The translations under genes were made by a program, and so were the position numbers. From an uncultured delta proteobacterium (GTDB lineage: Bacteria; Myxococcota; Kuafuiibacteriia; Kuafuiibacteriales; Kuafuiibacteriaceae), in contig CAWDML010000001.1 of the NCBI GenBank assembly GCA_963803435.1, positions 2,752,001 to 2,816,000 on the forward strand: a DNA stretch of 64,000 bases, given 5' to 3'. The notes under the pieces are model-generated. The model ran no database searches. It worked only from the letters and a program-made list of their open reading frames with translations, and was not told where the DNA came from. Below, in pieces: positions 41,604-49,628 of the stretch; the first letter of the stretch is position 1, and every line of letters starts with the position of its first letter.

Positions 41604-43013
41604 ATCGCCGAGAGCCTCCCAAGGTCCGGAGACATCGTCACTCGGGTCGGCCGGTACTCGATCCATGAAGAGCTCGCGAGGGGCGGGATGGCCCGCGTGT
41701 TCGTGGCGCAGAAGGACGGCTCGTCCGACATCTGTGTGCTCAAGCTCCTCGACACCGAGCACGAGAACGATCAGGCCGGGGCGCAGCGTCTCCGCCGCGA
41801 AGCCCACCTGCTCTCGCTGATGAACCATCCTCACATCTCGCGCGTGCTCGACGCCGGCTTCGAGCGGGGCGCGTTCTTCATCGCGCTCGAGTTCATCCCC
41901 GGTCACACCGTGGCGCTCATCCAGCAGCACCTCCGCAAGCAGCAGCGCCGCATCCCGCCCGAGGTCACGATGGTGGTCGCGCTCGACGTGCTCGACGGCC
42001 TGGGCTACGCGCACGACCACAGCGACCCGGACGGCAAGCCGATTCACCTCGTGCACCGCGATCTCTCTCCGAACAACATCATGCTCAGCTACCTCGGTGA
42101 GGCGAAGATCATCGACTTCGGGATCGCCTCCGGAAAGATCGACACCTTCAAGACGAAGCCAGGCCACATCATGGGCACGCCGCGCTACCTCTCCCCCGAG
42201 CAGGCGACCATGAAGACGGTGGACAAGCGGAGCGACCTCTACACACTCGCCGTCGTCCTCTACGGCATGTTCACCGGGCGACCGCTGATCCGGAAGGGAC
42301 CACCGGGCCAGGTCCTGGGCGAGATCGTCGACGCGGTCCCGCGCCCGCTGGTGGACGTGGTCACCGATTTTCCTCCGGAGATCTGGAACGTGCTCGAGGT
42401 GGCGCTGGCGAAGTCGCCGGCCGAGCGCTGGCAGAGCGCCGCCGAGTTCCGCGACGCCCTCGAGGCCTCCCATCCCTGGACGCTGCCGACGCGACAGGAG
42501 ATCGGGCTCTTCCTCGAGGCCTACTTCCCGGAGGGCAAGCAGAGCGCCGACGCCCTGTACGCCCGCGGCCGCGCCAATGCCCCCAGCATCGTGCAGCCCG
42601 GCGGCTTCTTCGACACCACGGGCATCGACCTGCCGCTCCCGCAGAAACATCCGATCACCGAGCCCGAGATCATCCCCGACGGACCGGCGGCCGACGGGCC
42701 GACGGATCTGATCAACCGCCCGAGCGAAGACGCGAAGACGGCCGAGATCGACCGCGCGGACTCCTCCGCGAACCTCGAGCAGGAGCTCGCGCTCGAGCGC
42801 GTCAAGGAGATGGACAGCGGGCCGACCGTCGCGAACGAGCCTCTCGATCTACCCGCGCTGCCGCCCGCGCCGCGGCGGGCGTTGCCGCGGCAACAGACCG
42901 ATCCCTCGGGACCCGCGCAGCGCTCCACGGCATGGATCTGGTTCGCGCTGCTCTTGGGGGCGGTGGCGCTGGGCGTGGGGGCGGGCGTCGTGTTCAGCAA
43001 GCTCGGTTCGTGA
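41604..43013 (+). CDS. Ser/Thr protein kinase with C-terminal TM (no canonical start codon found)
   Basis: LARGGMARVF, VLK, HRDLSPNN, DFG, GTPRYLSPE. Confidence 0.9.
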   Translation: MAESLPRSGDIVTRVGRYSIHEELARGGMARVFVAQKDGSSDICVLKLLDTEHENDQAGAQRLRREAHLLSLMNHPHISRVLDAGFERGAFFIALEFIPGHTVALIQQHLRKQQRRIPPEVTMVVALDVLDGLGYAHDHSDPDGKPIHLVHRDLSPNNIMLSYLGEAKIIDFGIASGKIDTFKTKPGHIMGTPRYLSPEQATMKTVDKRSDLYTLAVVLYGMFTGRPLIRKGPPGQVLGEIVDAVPRPLVDVVTDFPPEIWNVLEVALAKSPAERWQSAAEFRDALEASHPWTLPTRQEIGLFLEAYFPEGKQSADALYARGRANAPSIVQPGGFFDTTGIDLPLPQKHPITEPEIIPDGPAADGPTDLINRPSEDAKTAEIDRADSSANLEQELALERVKEMDSGPTVANEPLDLPALPPAPRRALPRQQTDPSGPAQRSTAWIWFALLLGAVALGVGAGVVFSKLGS

Positions 43014-43760
43014 CTACATCGACTCGACGTTTCCAGAGGCGAGGTCGACCCGATACGTGCGCTCGCCGTCGAGCACCAGCGTCGCGGTGTTCTCACCGGT
43101 GAACGTGACGTCGGCCGTGATGTCGAGCGTGCGCTCGCGGACGGTGGCCCGACGCTGGGCCGTCCGCTCGGCGCGGATCTGATACGTGATCTGTCCGCCG
43201 ATGATCGCGCGATCCGACGTGCGGATCTGGACGCCCTGGTAGCTCGCGTCGTAGTCGAGCTTGAAGAAGCGCTCGACGGGGCGATAGATCGCCATGAACT
43301 CCGAGTCGACGTCGAAGCTGCCGGTGCCGTCGAAGCGGGCGGTGCCCGACTGGATGTCGGAGAGCGTCCAGTCTCCGTCGCGGACCAGGCTGGCGTCATA
43401 GCGCGCGGTGTCGACGTCTCCCTCCCAGTGGAGGACGAGGTGCGCCCCGTCCGTGAGCTCGCCGCACGCGTCCATCACCGCGCCGGCGGCGTCGGTGCAG
43501 GTCGCCTCGAACGTGTAGTCGAGGCTGCCCCGGCGTCCGCTGAGCACCCCCGAACCGCTCCGGGTGAAGCCACCCGGCATCTGGCCGGCGGCGACCATCA
43601 CCGCATCGGAGGCCGCTTCCGCCTCCCCGCCCGAGTTGTCCGACACCAGCGCGCCCACGCTGGCGCCGACATCGTCATAGTCCTCGGCGGTCGGCTGCTG
43701 CCCACACGCGAAGGAGAAGGTGAAAAGCCCGGCCATCAGAAGTTTCGACTCTCGCATCAT
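43014..43760 (-). CDS. Hypothetical lipoprotein
   Basis: AGGAGG RBS, lipobox SFAC, beta-rich body. Confidence 0.78.
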   Translation of the reverse strand: MMRESKLLMAGLFTFSFACGQQPTAEDYDDVGASVGALVSDNSGGEAEAASDAVMVAAGQMPGGFTRSGSGVLSGRRGSLDYTFEATCTDAAGAVMDACGELTDGAHLVLHWEGDVDTARYDASLVRDGDWTLSDIQSGTARFDGTGSFDVDSEFMAIYRPVERFFKLDYDASYQGVQIRTSDRAIIGGQITYQIRAERTAQRRATVRERTLDITADVTFTGENTATLVLDGERTYRVDLASGNVESM

Positions 43761-43815
43761 GTCCTCCTGACCGACCCAAACCCGCGCGATGGAAAGAGGT
43801 TGCGGGTGACTGCGC

Positions 43816-45615
43816 TCACCGGCCCGGCGTGAACTCCAGACGGACCAGGGGCGGAGTGACCAGGTCGTGCGGCTGCGGGAAGTCGTGGCCGAGGCCGAGC
43901 GTATCGGACGCCTCAAAGACCCCGTTGCTCGCCTTGAGCGTCAGGGGCTTCTCGACGAGCACGACCGGGACGTCGAGCGCCTCCACCAGATCCCGATAGC
44001 CGGCGCCGATGGAGAGGGGCAGGCCCATGGCCTCCGCCTTCTTCTTCGCGTGCGCGATGACTGCGGCGTAGAGGTGGGCGTCGAGCTCGCCCTCGCCGAA
44101 CGCATCGCGATGCGGAAAGTCGCGCTGGAACGGCTCGAGGTAGAGCGTCGGCGTCCCGTCTTCCAGGTGGAGCACGCGAAGATAGGAGCGGGCCGCGGCG
44201 TTGTGCGGCCAGCGTGGATCGTCGACCAGGATCGCCTTGGTGCGGCCGTTGGAGAGGAGAGGGAGGAGGCAGCGGCCGCCATAGTCGAAGCCGTGGCTGG
44301 GACCGCCGATCTTGGTGAGCCAGAGCAGCTCGATGTCGTCCTCTTCTCGCGTCTTCAGCTCCACGTCGCCCGCTCGATAGGTCGTCTTCAGATCGGACTC
44401 GAACGTCCGCTTCTGCTTCCGGCTCAAGCCCGAAAGCTGCGCGGCCGAGATCGGATTGTCGTAGCGCCACTTGCGATAGTCGCCCTCGACCACGTGCTGC
44501 GTGATGTTCGCGACTGCCTTCACCACCTTGGGGGTGAGCGCCCGGTCGGGCGACATCTCGCGGGCGGTCTCGTTGAGCGCTCTCAAGGGCACGAACGCTT
44601 CATGCTCGAGCGCCCGCCTGATCGCGGCCGAGGTCGGCTTCCACGGCGCGGAGCTCTTCGGTGGAACGCCAATCTCGCGAAGGAAGCTCGAGACCAGGAA
44701 GCCGTCGAGAGCGCGGGCGGGATCCGCGTCGCGCAGGACAGCCTGCAGATCGCGTGCGAGCGCCGCCTGGGTGGCATCCTGCCGATCCTGGGACTGGAAG
44801 CGCGAGATGGCGTCGTGCTCCCGGCGTCGATAGGCGCTGCGCGCGTTCGGGTGGTGCCACCCCATCCGGGTGCGCGCGTAGTCGGGGGCGTTGACGGCCT
44901 CGTCGGCGAGCAACGCGGCCCCCGTGAGATTGGCAGCGAACGAGCGGCGGGCTTCGCCCTTCAGGCGCGCGTGCAGCGCCAGCAGTGACGCGCCGAGCCC
45001 CGGATCGCCCAGCCGCTCTCCGATCATGGACGCGGCGTCCTCGGGCCGCTTCACCTGATCCGGACGCACCCATTCGTTGGTGGTCCGGCGGCAGCGCGAC
45101 GCCGCTACCGTATGGATCTGCTCGATGCGGGCCTTTGCAGCGGCCTCGATGGCCTCCAGCTGGGCCCGGGGGAAGACCTTGACCGCATCGCAGTCGCCGG
45201 CCGCCTCGAGGGCGCGGGCGATCTGGCCGATCCTCCAGAGCACGCCCTTCTGCGAGGCTTCCAGCCGGCGCGCCGTCCCCTGGGTGATCCGTCCCGATCG
45301 CTGCATCGAGAGCGCCTCGGCCAGGCCGAGGAAGGAGCGGGTCACGCCCTGCAGCGCCTCTGCTTCGTTCTCCAGCGAGTCGATGGCCCGCGCGTTGATC
45401 GGCGCGATGCGCTCGAGGAGGCTGCGCATCGCGTCGTCGTCGCCGAGCGGCTTGCCCTCGAGCGGGCGCCAGGCCGGGCCGAGCTCGGCCGCAGTGATGT
45501 CGCGGATGCGACCGACCTCGGCCACCTTCGCTTCAACCTCTTTGCCGACCCGCTCGCCGTAGGAGGCGACCGCACGGGCGAGCTCGGGAGAGGGTGCGTC
45601 GACCTTCGTCTTCAC
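43816..45615 (-). CDS. Hypothetical protein (599 aa, no signal peptide)
   Basis: Long ORF whose GTG overlaps the upstream stop (GTGA), with GGAGG RBS. Confidence 0.78.
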   Translation of the reverse strand: MKTKVDAPSPELARAVASYGERVGKEVEAKVAEVGRIRDITAAELGPAWRPLEGKPLGDDDAMRSLLERIAPINARAIDSLENEAEALQGVTRSFLGLAEALSMQRSGRITQGTARRLEASQKGVLWRIGQIARALEAAGDCDAVKVFPRAQLEAIEAAAKARIEQIHTVAASRCRRTTNEWVRPDQVKRPEDAASMIGERLGDPGLGASLLALHARLKGEARRSFAANLTGAALLADEAVNAPDYARTRMGWHHPNARSAYRRREHDAISRFQSQDRQDATQAALARDLQAVLRDADPARALDGFLVSSFLREIGVPPKSSAPWKPTSAAIRRALEHEAFVPLRALNETAREMSPDRALTPKVVKAVANITQHVVEGDYRKWRYDNPISAAQLSGLSRKQKRTFESDLKTTYRAGDVELKTREEDDIELLWLTKIGGPSHGFDYGGRCLLPLLSNGRTKAILVDDPRWPHNAAARSYLRVLHLEDGTPTLYLEPFQRDFPHRDAFGEGELDAHLYAAVIAHAKKKAEAMGLPLSIGAGYRDLVEALDVPVVLVEKPLTLKASNGVFEASDTLGLGHDFPQPHDLVTPPLVRLEFTPGR

Positions 45616-45959
45616 TCCGCCCCTCCGATCGCCTTCATCATCCGCTCGTAGTGCTCGGCGCAGAGCGCCGCGTTGTCGACCTCACCGAGCGCCGCATAGC
45701 AGCGGGAGAGCATGAGCGGATCCACCGGGTGCACGCTGCCCAGCGCGGCCAGCCCCAACAGCACGTCGATGCAGGCGGTGAGCTTGCCCGCACCGAACAG
45801 CGCGATCGCCTGCCGCCTCAGATCGCGCGCTGAGTCGTCGCCGAGCCCGAGCGCTTCCATGAGCTCGATCTGCCCGTCTGTGAAGCGCTGGACCGATTGC
45901 GGATCGACCCTGGTCCGGGCCTTCTCGGACCCGGACAGCTTGATCTGTTGGTTGGACAC
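45612..45959 (-). CDS. Small TPR protein resembling SycD/LcrH class II type III chaperones
   Basis: GQIELMEALGL...QAIALFGAGKL...LLGLAAL...LSRCYAALGEVDNA pattern. Confidence 0.6.
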   Translation of the reverse strand: MSNQQIKLSGSEKARTRVDPQSVQRFTDGQIELMEALGLGDDSARDLRRQAIALFGAGKLTACIDVLLGLAALGSVHPVDPLMLSRCYAALGEVDNAALCAEHYERMMKAIGGAE

Positions 45960-45978
45960 GGCTCGAGATCAGCACATC

Positions 45979-47301
45979 TCACCGAGAACGGTCCAGCTCC
46001 GGAACCCACCCGATGTTGCTGGCCAGCCTCAACAACGCCGCCTCCGCGTTCGCGTCCGCCTCGCCGCCCCGGATCGCTCGGAGCGCTTCCCGGAGCGGGA
46101 GCATCTCGGGTGTCACTTCGATCTCGAGCGCGAAGAAGTGATGGCGGAGATCGGTCTGCCCGGGTGACGCATCGCTCGGCGCGCCGAGCCGCACCAGGCC
46201 GCCCGGATCGAAGCCGCGCGTCATCAGTAGGCTCTGGAGCGTCACCTCCGGCGTCTTCGGGTGCACCTTCACGTCGAGCAGGTCCCGAGCGCACGGCCGG
46301 ACCGTGCTCGGATCGCCGTGCCACTCCGACGCCAGCAGATCGCGCTTCACCAGCAGCTGCCAGCGCGTGCGCGGCTCGAAGCGCACCCGCGGGACGCCGT
46401 CCGCACCGAACCCCCACAGCACCACCTTGGCCCGGTCGTAGGGCACGCTGAGGAACTGCATCGTGAAGGGCCGCCCAATCCGGGTGCCCTCGACCGCGAG
46501 GTGGCTCACGCGAGCCTCCATCATCCGGAGCCCGTCGCGAAGCGCGACGTCGCGGTGCACGTGCATCGACATGCCGCCGATGGACAGCGAGGACGAGGGG
46601 GCCGGCCCCGGATCGCGGGCCCAGGGGCGCGGATCGATCCGAGGCCCCAGCCCGAGCGTGTCCCAGCGGGGATCGTCGACGAAGCCGCCCAGCTCGACGG
46701 AGTAGCCAATCTTCGAGAGCGCCCGCGCGTAGGCGACCCGAGCGCGCGCCGACTCGCCGATCCGCCCCTCGTCCGTGGCTGCGATCGCCTCGGCGATCGG
46801 CATGGAGACGGGATGGAGCAGCCCGGGCAGCTCGAGGCCCGCGCCGTCACCGAGCGCGCGCCGATCTGAGAACGTCACCAGCGAGAAGAAGTATCGATCG
46901 GCCTCGGTCGACTCGTCGGGCATGGTCGGAGAGGGGATCTGGCCCAGCTCGACCAGGCTGCCCGCGGTCATCTCCGCGCCGATCTCCTCGGCGATCTCCG
47001 CGGCCGCAATCTGGCTTGCGCTTTGGTCCTCGTGATCGAGCCGGCCGCCGATCGTCCCGATCTTCACGTACGGCTCGCCCCGGAGCGTGCGCGGGGGCCG
47101 GGTGTCGCCGCCCTTGAGCACGGCGCACAGCTCGCCGTCGTGATCCAGGGTGAAAACAGCCACGATCGAGACGTCATGTCCGGGTCCCGAGAGCACGTCG
47201 GCGGCCCGCTCGTCGCCGGCGAAGCGGAAGCGAAAGCGCCGCAGCTTCATGTATCCGTCGAACAGCAGCCGCCGCTCGACCAGCTCGGCGTGATCGTTCA
47301 C
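45979..47301 (-). CDS. Protein with tandem NUDIX-like domains
   Basis: NudF-like N-terminus; degenerate Nudix box GRLDHEDQSASQIAAAEIAEEIG; second copy with SPGQTD...HFF. Confidence 0.65.
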   Translation of the reverse strand: MNDHAELVERRLLFDGYMKLRRFRFRFAGDERAADVLSGPGHDVSIVAVFTLDHDGELCAVLKGGDTRPPRTLRGEPYVKIGTIGGRLDHEDQSASQIAAAEIAEEIGAEMTAGSLVELGQIPSPTMPDESTEADRYFFSLVTFSDRRALGDGAGLELPGLLHPVSMPIAEAIAATDEGRIGESARARVAYARALSKIGYSVELGGFVDDPRWDTLGLGPRIDPRPWARDPGPAPSSSLSIGGMSMHVHRDVALRDGLRMMEARVSHLAVEGTRIGRPFTMQFLSVPYDRAKVVLWGFGADGVPRVRFEPRTRWQLLVKRDLLASEWHGDPSTVRPCARDLLDVKVHPKTPEVTLQSLLMTRGFDPGGLVRLGAPSDASPGQTDLRHHFFALEIEVTPEMLPLREALRAIRGGEADANAEAALLRLASNIGWVPELDRSR

Positions 47302-48863
47302 TCCAGGGTTCCCGCGTCGAGCCGGGTGACCGCGTCGGCGGCGTTCGCCAGCTCGAGCGCGAGCCCTTCGGGGAAGGACGCCACCTCGACACGATGGCCC
47401 CAGCGCTGCATCTGCTTCACCAGCGGGGCGAAGTCTCCGTCACCCGACACCAGGATCACCGCGTCGACCGACCCGCGCATCGAGACGGCCTCCATCGCGA
47501 TGCCCATGTCCCAGTCCGCTTTGCTCTGCCCGTCGGCGAATACCTTCGGCTTCTTCACCCGCAGCTCCCATCCGCTCTTTCGAAGTGTGTCGCAGAACGC
47601 TTCGAACGCGGTGCCGCCGTTGTCCACCACGAAGGCGAGCGCGCGGCTCACCTCGCGCCCCGCGCGCAGCCGATCGTAGAGCGCGGCGAAGTTCACCTTG
47701 CGCCGATAGACGGTCGCAGCCGTCGCGGCCAGGTTTGCCTGATCGAGCAGGATCGCTACGGAGTTCTCCGGTCGCTCGCGCGGGTCCTCCGTCTCCGGCA
47801 CGCGTCGCTCCAGCTCGACGATCCGCCGGCGGGCCGCGTGCAGCTCCTCTCGCGCGGCCTCCAGCTCGGCGCGCAGCTTCTCGATCCGCTGCTCGTGCTC
47901 GCCGAGGTCCTGCTCGCGCGCCTGCCGCTGCTTGTCGAGCTGATGCTCCAGCTCCTCCGAGCGACGCCGCGCCTGATCGAGCTCCGCCTGGGCCCCTGCC
48001 AGCGTCTTCGAGGCGCCCGCCAGCTTGGACAGCCGCCGGATCCGTTGCTGGAGCTCCTCGGCCTTGGCCTTGGCCTCCTCTTCGCCGGCCTTCGCAGCCA
48101 CCGTCTCGCGCTGCCCGGTCTCGACCTCGGCCAGCGCGCGCTTCAGCTCGACCAGCTGCTGCTCGAGCTCCGACCGGACCTCGGTCTCCTGCCGGAGCGT
48201 GCGCTCCTTCGAGCCGATCTGCGCCAGGAGCTTCGCCCGCTCACCCTCGAAGGAGGTGACCTGCGACTCCAGATCCGTCACCCGCTGCGCCGCCTCCGCC
48301 AGCCGCTCCGCCTGCTCCTGTAGCCGCTTGGCCAGGCCGATGCCGTCCAGGGCGCGCTCGTCCTCGTCCCCCTCGAGCACCGCGCGCGCGGTCTCGAACC
48401 CGGCGGCCTCCTCGAAGAACTCCTTGATCACGCGGTTCGCGAGCTGACGCACCGACCCGCGGTCGTCGCGCGCCAGCGCCCAGACCAGCTTGGCGCGCTC
48501 TCGCTTGAGGGCGATCGCCCGGTACGAGCCGATCCGATCCGGCGCCTGCGCCTCCGGGATCGAGGCCACGATGTGGCGCTCCTTCTGGCAGGCCCGATCG
48601 AGCTCCTTGATCAGCTGATAGGCGATGTCGTCGACGGAGAAGAACCCGGCCGTGAGCTGGCCGACCAGCTCCGCCTTCTTCCGGTTGTCGATGCGGGCGC
48701 CGTGGCTCTGCCGCGTGCTGGCGCCATAGATTCGCTCGGCCACGCGCCGCTCCAGCGCGTCGAGCAGGACGATCCCGAGCGAGTGCGCGTCGAAGATCTC
48801 CTTGAGCTCGGCGAGGACCTTCTTGAACTCGCCCGACTTGAACTTGGGGGTGGCGGGCACCAC
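47298..48863 (-). CDS. Coiled-coil protein with C-terminal NYN (LabA/DUF88) domain
   Basis: ILLDQANL, KADWDMGIAMEA, LVSGDGDFAPLV after a long heptad region. Confidence 0.88.
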   Translation of the reverse strand: MVPATPKFKSGEFKKVLAELKEIFDAHSLGIVLLDALERRVAERIYGASTRQSHGARIDNRKKAELVGQLTAGFFSVDDIAYQLIKELDRACQKERHIVASIPEAQAPDRIGSYRAIALKRERAKLVWALARDDRGSVRQLANRVIKEFFEEAAGFETARAVLEGDEDERALDGIGLAKRLQEQAERLAEAAQRVTDLESQVTSFEGERAKLLAQIGSKERTLRQETEVRSELEQQLVELKRALAEVETGQRETVAAKAGEEEAKAKAEELQQRIRRLSKLAGASKTLAGAQAELDQARRRSEELEHQLDKQRQAREQDLGEHEQRIEKLRAELEAAREELHAARRRIVELERRVPETEDPRERPENSVAILLDQANLAATAATVYRRKVNFAALYDRLRAGREVSRALAFVVDNGGTAFEAFCDTLRKSGWELRVKKPKVFADGQSKADWDMGIAMEAVSMRGSVDAVILVSGDGDFAPLVKQMQRWGHRVEVASFPEGLALELANAADAVTRLDAGTLE

Positions 48864-48912
48864 GGCGAGGCCCTTCTAATGCACGCACGGGGGAGCTGTC
48901 ACTCCCTTGGGA

Positions 48913-49572
48913 TCAGCGCCGGAGCCGGTTGTGCTCGAAGTAACGCTCGTCGGCGTAGTATTCGTCTTCGCGCCCACCGTCGGACGAGGATCGGCGATTC
49001 CGCTCGGAGACCGCGTCGCTCCGAGCTTTGATGCTGTCGCGATCCATCTGGACTCGCTCTTCGCGGATCCTCTGCTCGAGGTCCCGCTGCTGCTCCCACC
49101 GCTCCTCCGAGGTCAGCCTCTCCACGTCGGCCTCGACGTCCTGATCCTCGTTCGCACGGCGCTCGTCGAGCACCTCGGGGTAGCGAACGCGATCGTCGTG
49201 GTACGTGAACTCGTCGTAGGTGCGGTCGGCCTGGTTCGCGGCGCCGATGTTGAGCGCGCGCTCCTGATCCTGCCATCCCTGCACGATGCCGTTGACCAAG
49301 GTCTTGAACGTGAACCTCTCGAAGGCCCCCTCGCCGGCCCCGGTCTCCGCACGGACTTGATCCAGATCCGCGGTGCGCGACACGACCTCCTCGTGCGCCA
49401 CGTTCTTGTGGCGGTTGAGGCGAACGAGGACCGGCGGTGGGGTGGTCCGGCGCTGGACGGTCGAACCGCTCTGACCGACCACGCGCTCGTACGATCTGCG
49501 ATCCGGAACCTTCGTCTCTTCGATGGGTGCCGCCTGGATCGGCATCTCTGGCGCGACCGGCTCGATGGACAT
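48913..49572 (-). CDS. Hypothetical highly charged protein
   Basis: ORF 48913-49632; preferred start MSIEPV at 49572, downstream of a promoter motif. Confidence 0.7.
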   Translation of the reverse strand: MSIEPVAPEMPIQAAPIEETKVPDRRSYERVVGQSGSTVQRRTTPPPVLVRLNRHKNVAHEEVVSRTADLDQVRAETGAGEGAFERFTFKTLVNGIVQGWQDQERALNIGAANQADRTYDEFTYHDDRVRYPEVLDERRANEDQDVEADVERLTSEERWEQQRDLEQRIREERVQMDRDSIKARSDAVSERNRRSSSDGGREDEYYADERYFEHNRLRR

Positions 49573-49589
49573 GCTGCCCGACCCGCGCG

Positions 49590-49616
49590 TGGTCGGATCG
49601 TCCTCGACCAACTTGT
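49590..49616 (-). promoter_or_regulatory. sigma28/FliA-like promoter
   Basis: ACAA-N15-TCCGACCA versus consensus TAAA-N15-GCCGATAA. Confidence 0.5.
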
Positions 49617-49628
49617 CGCCCGTGACTC

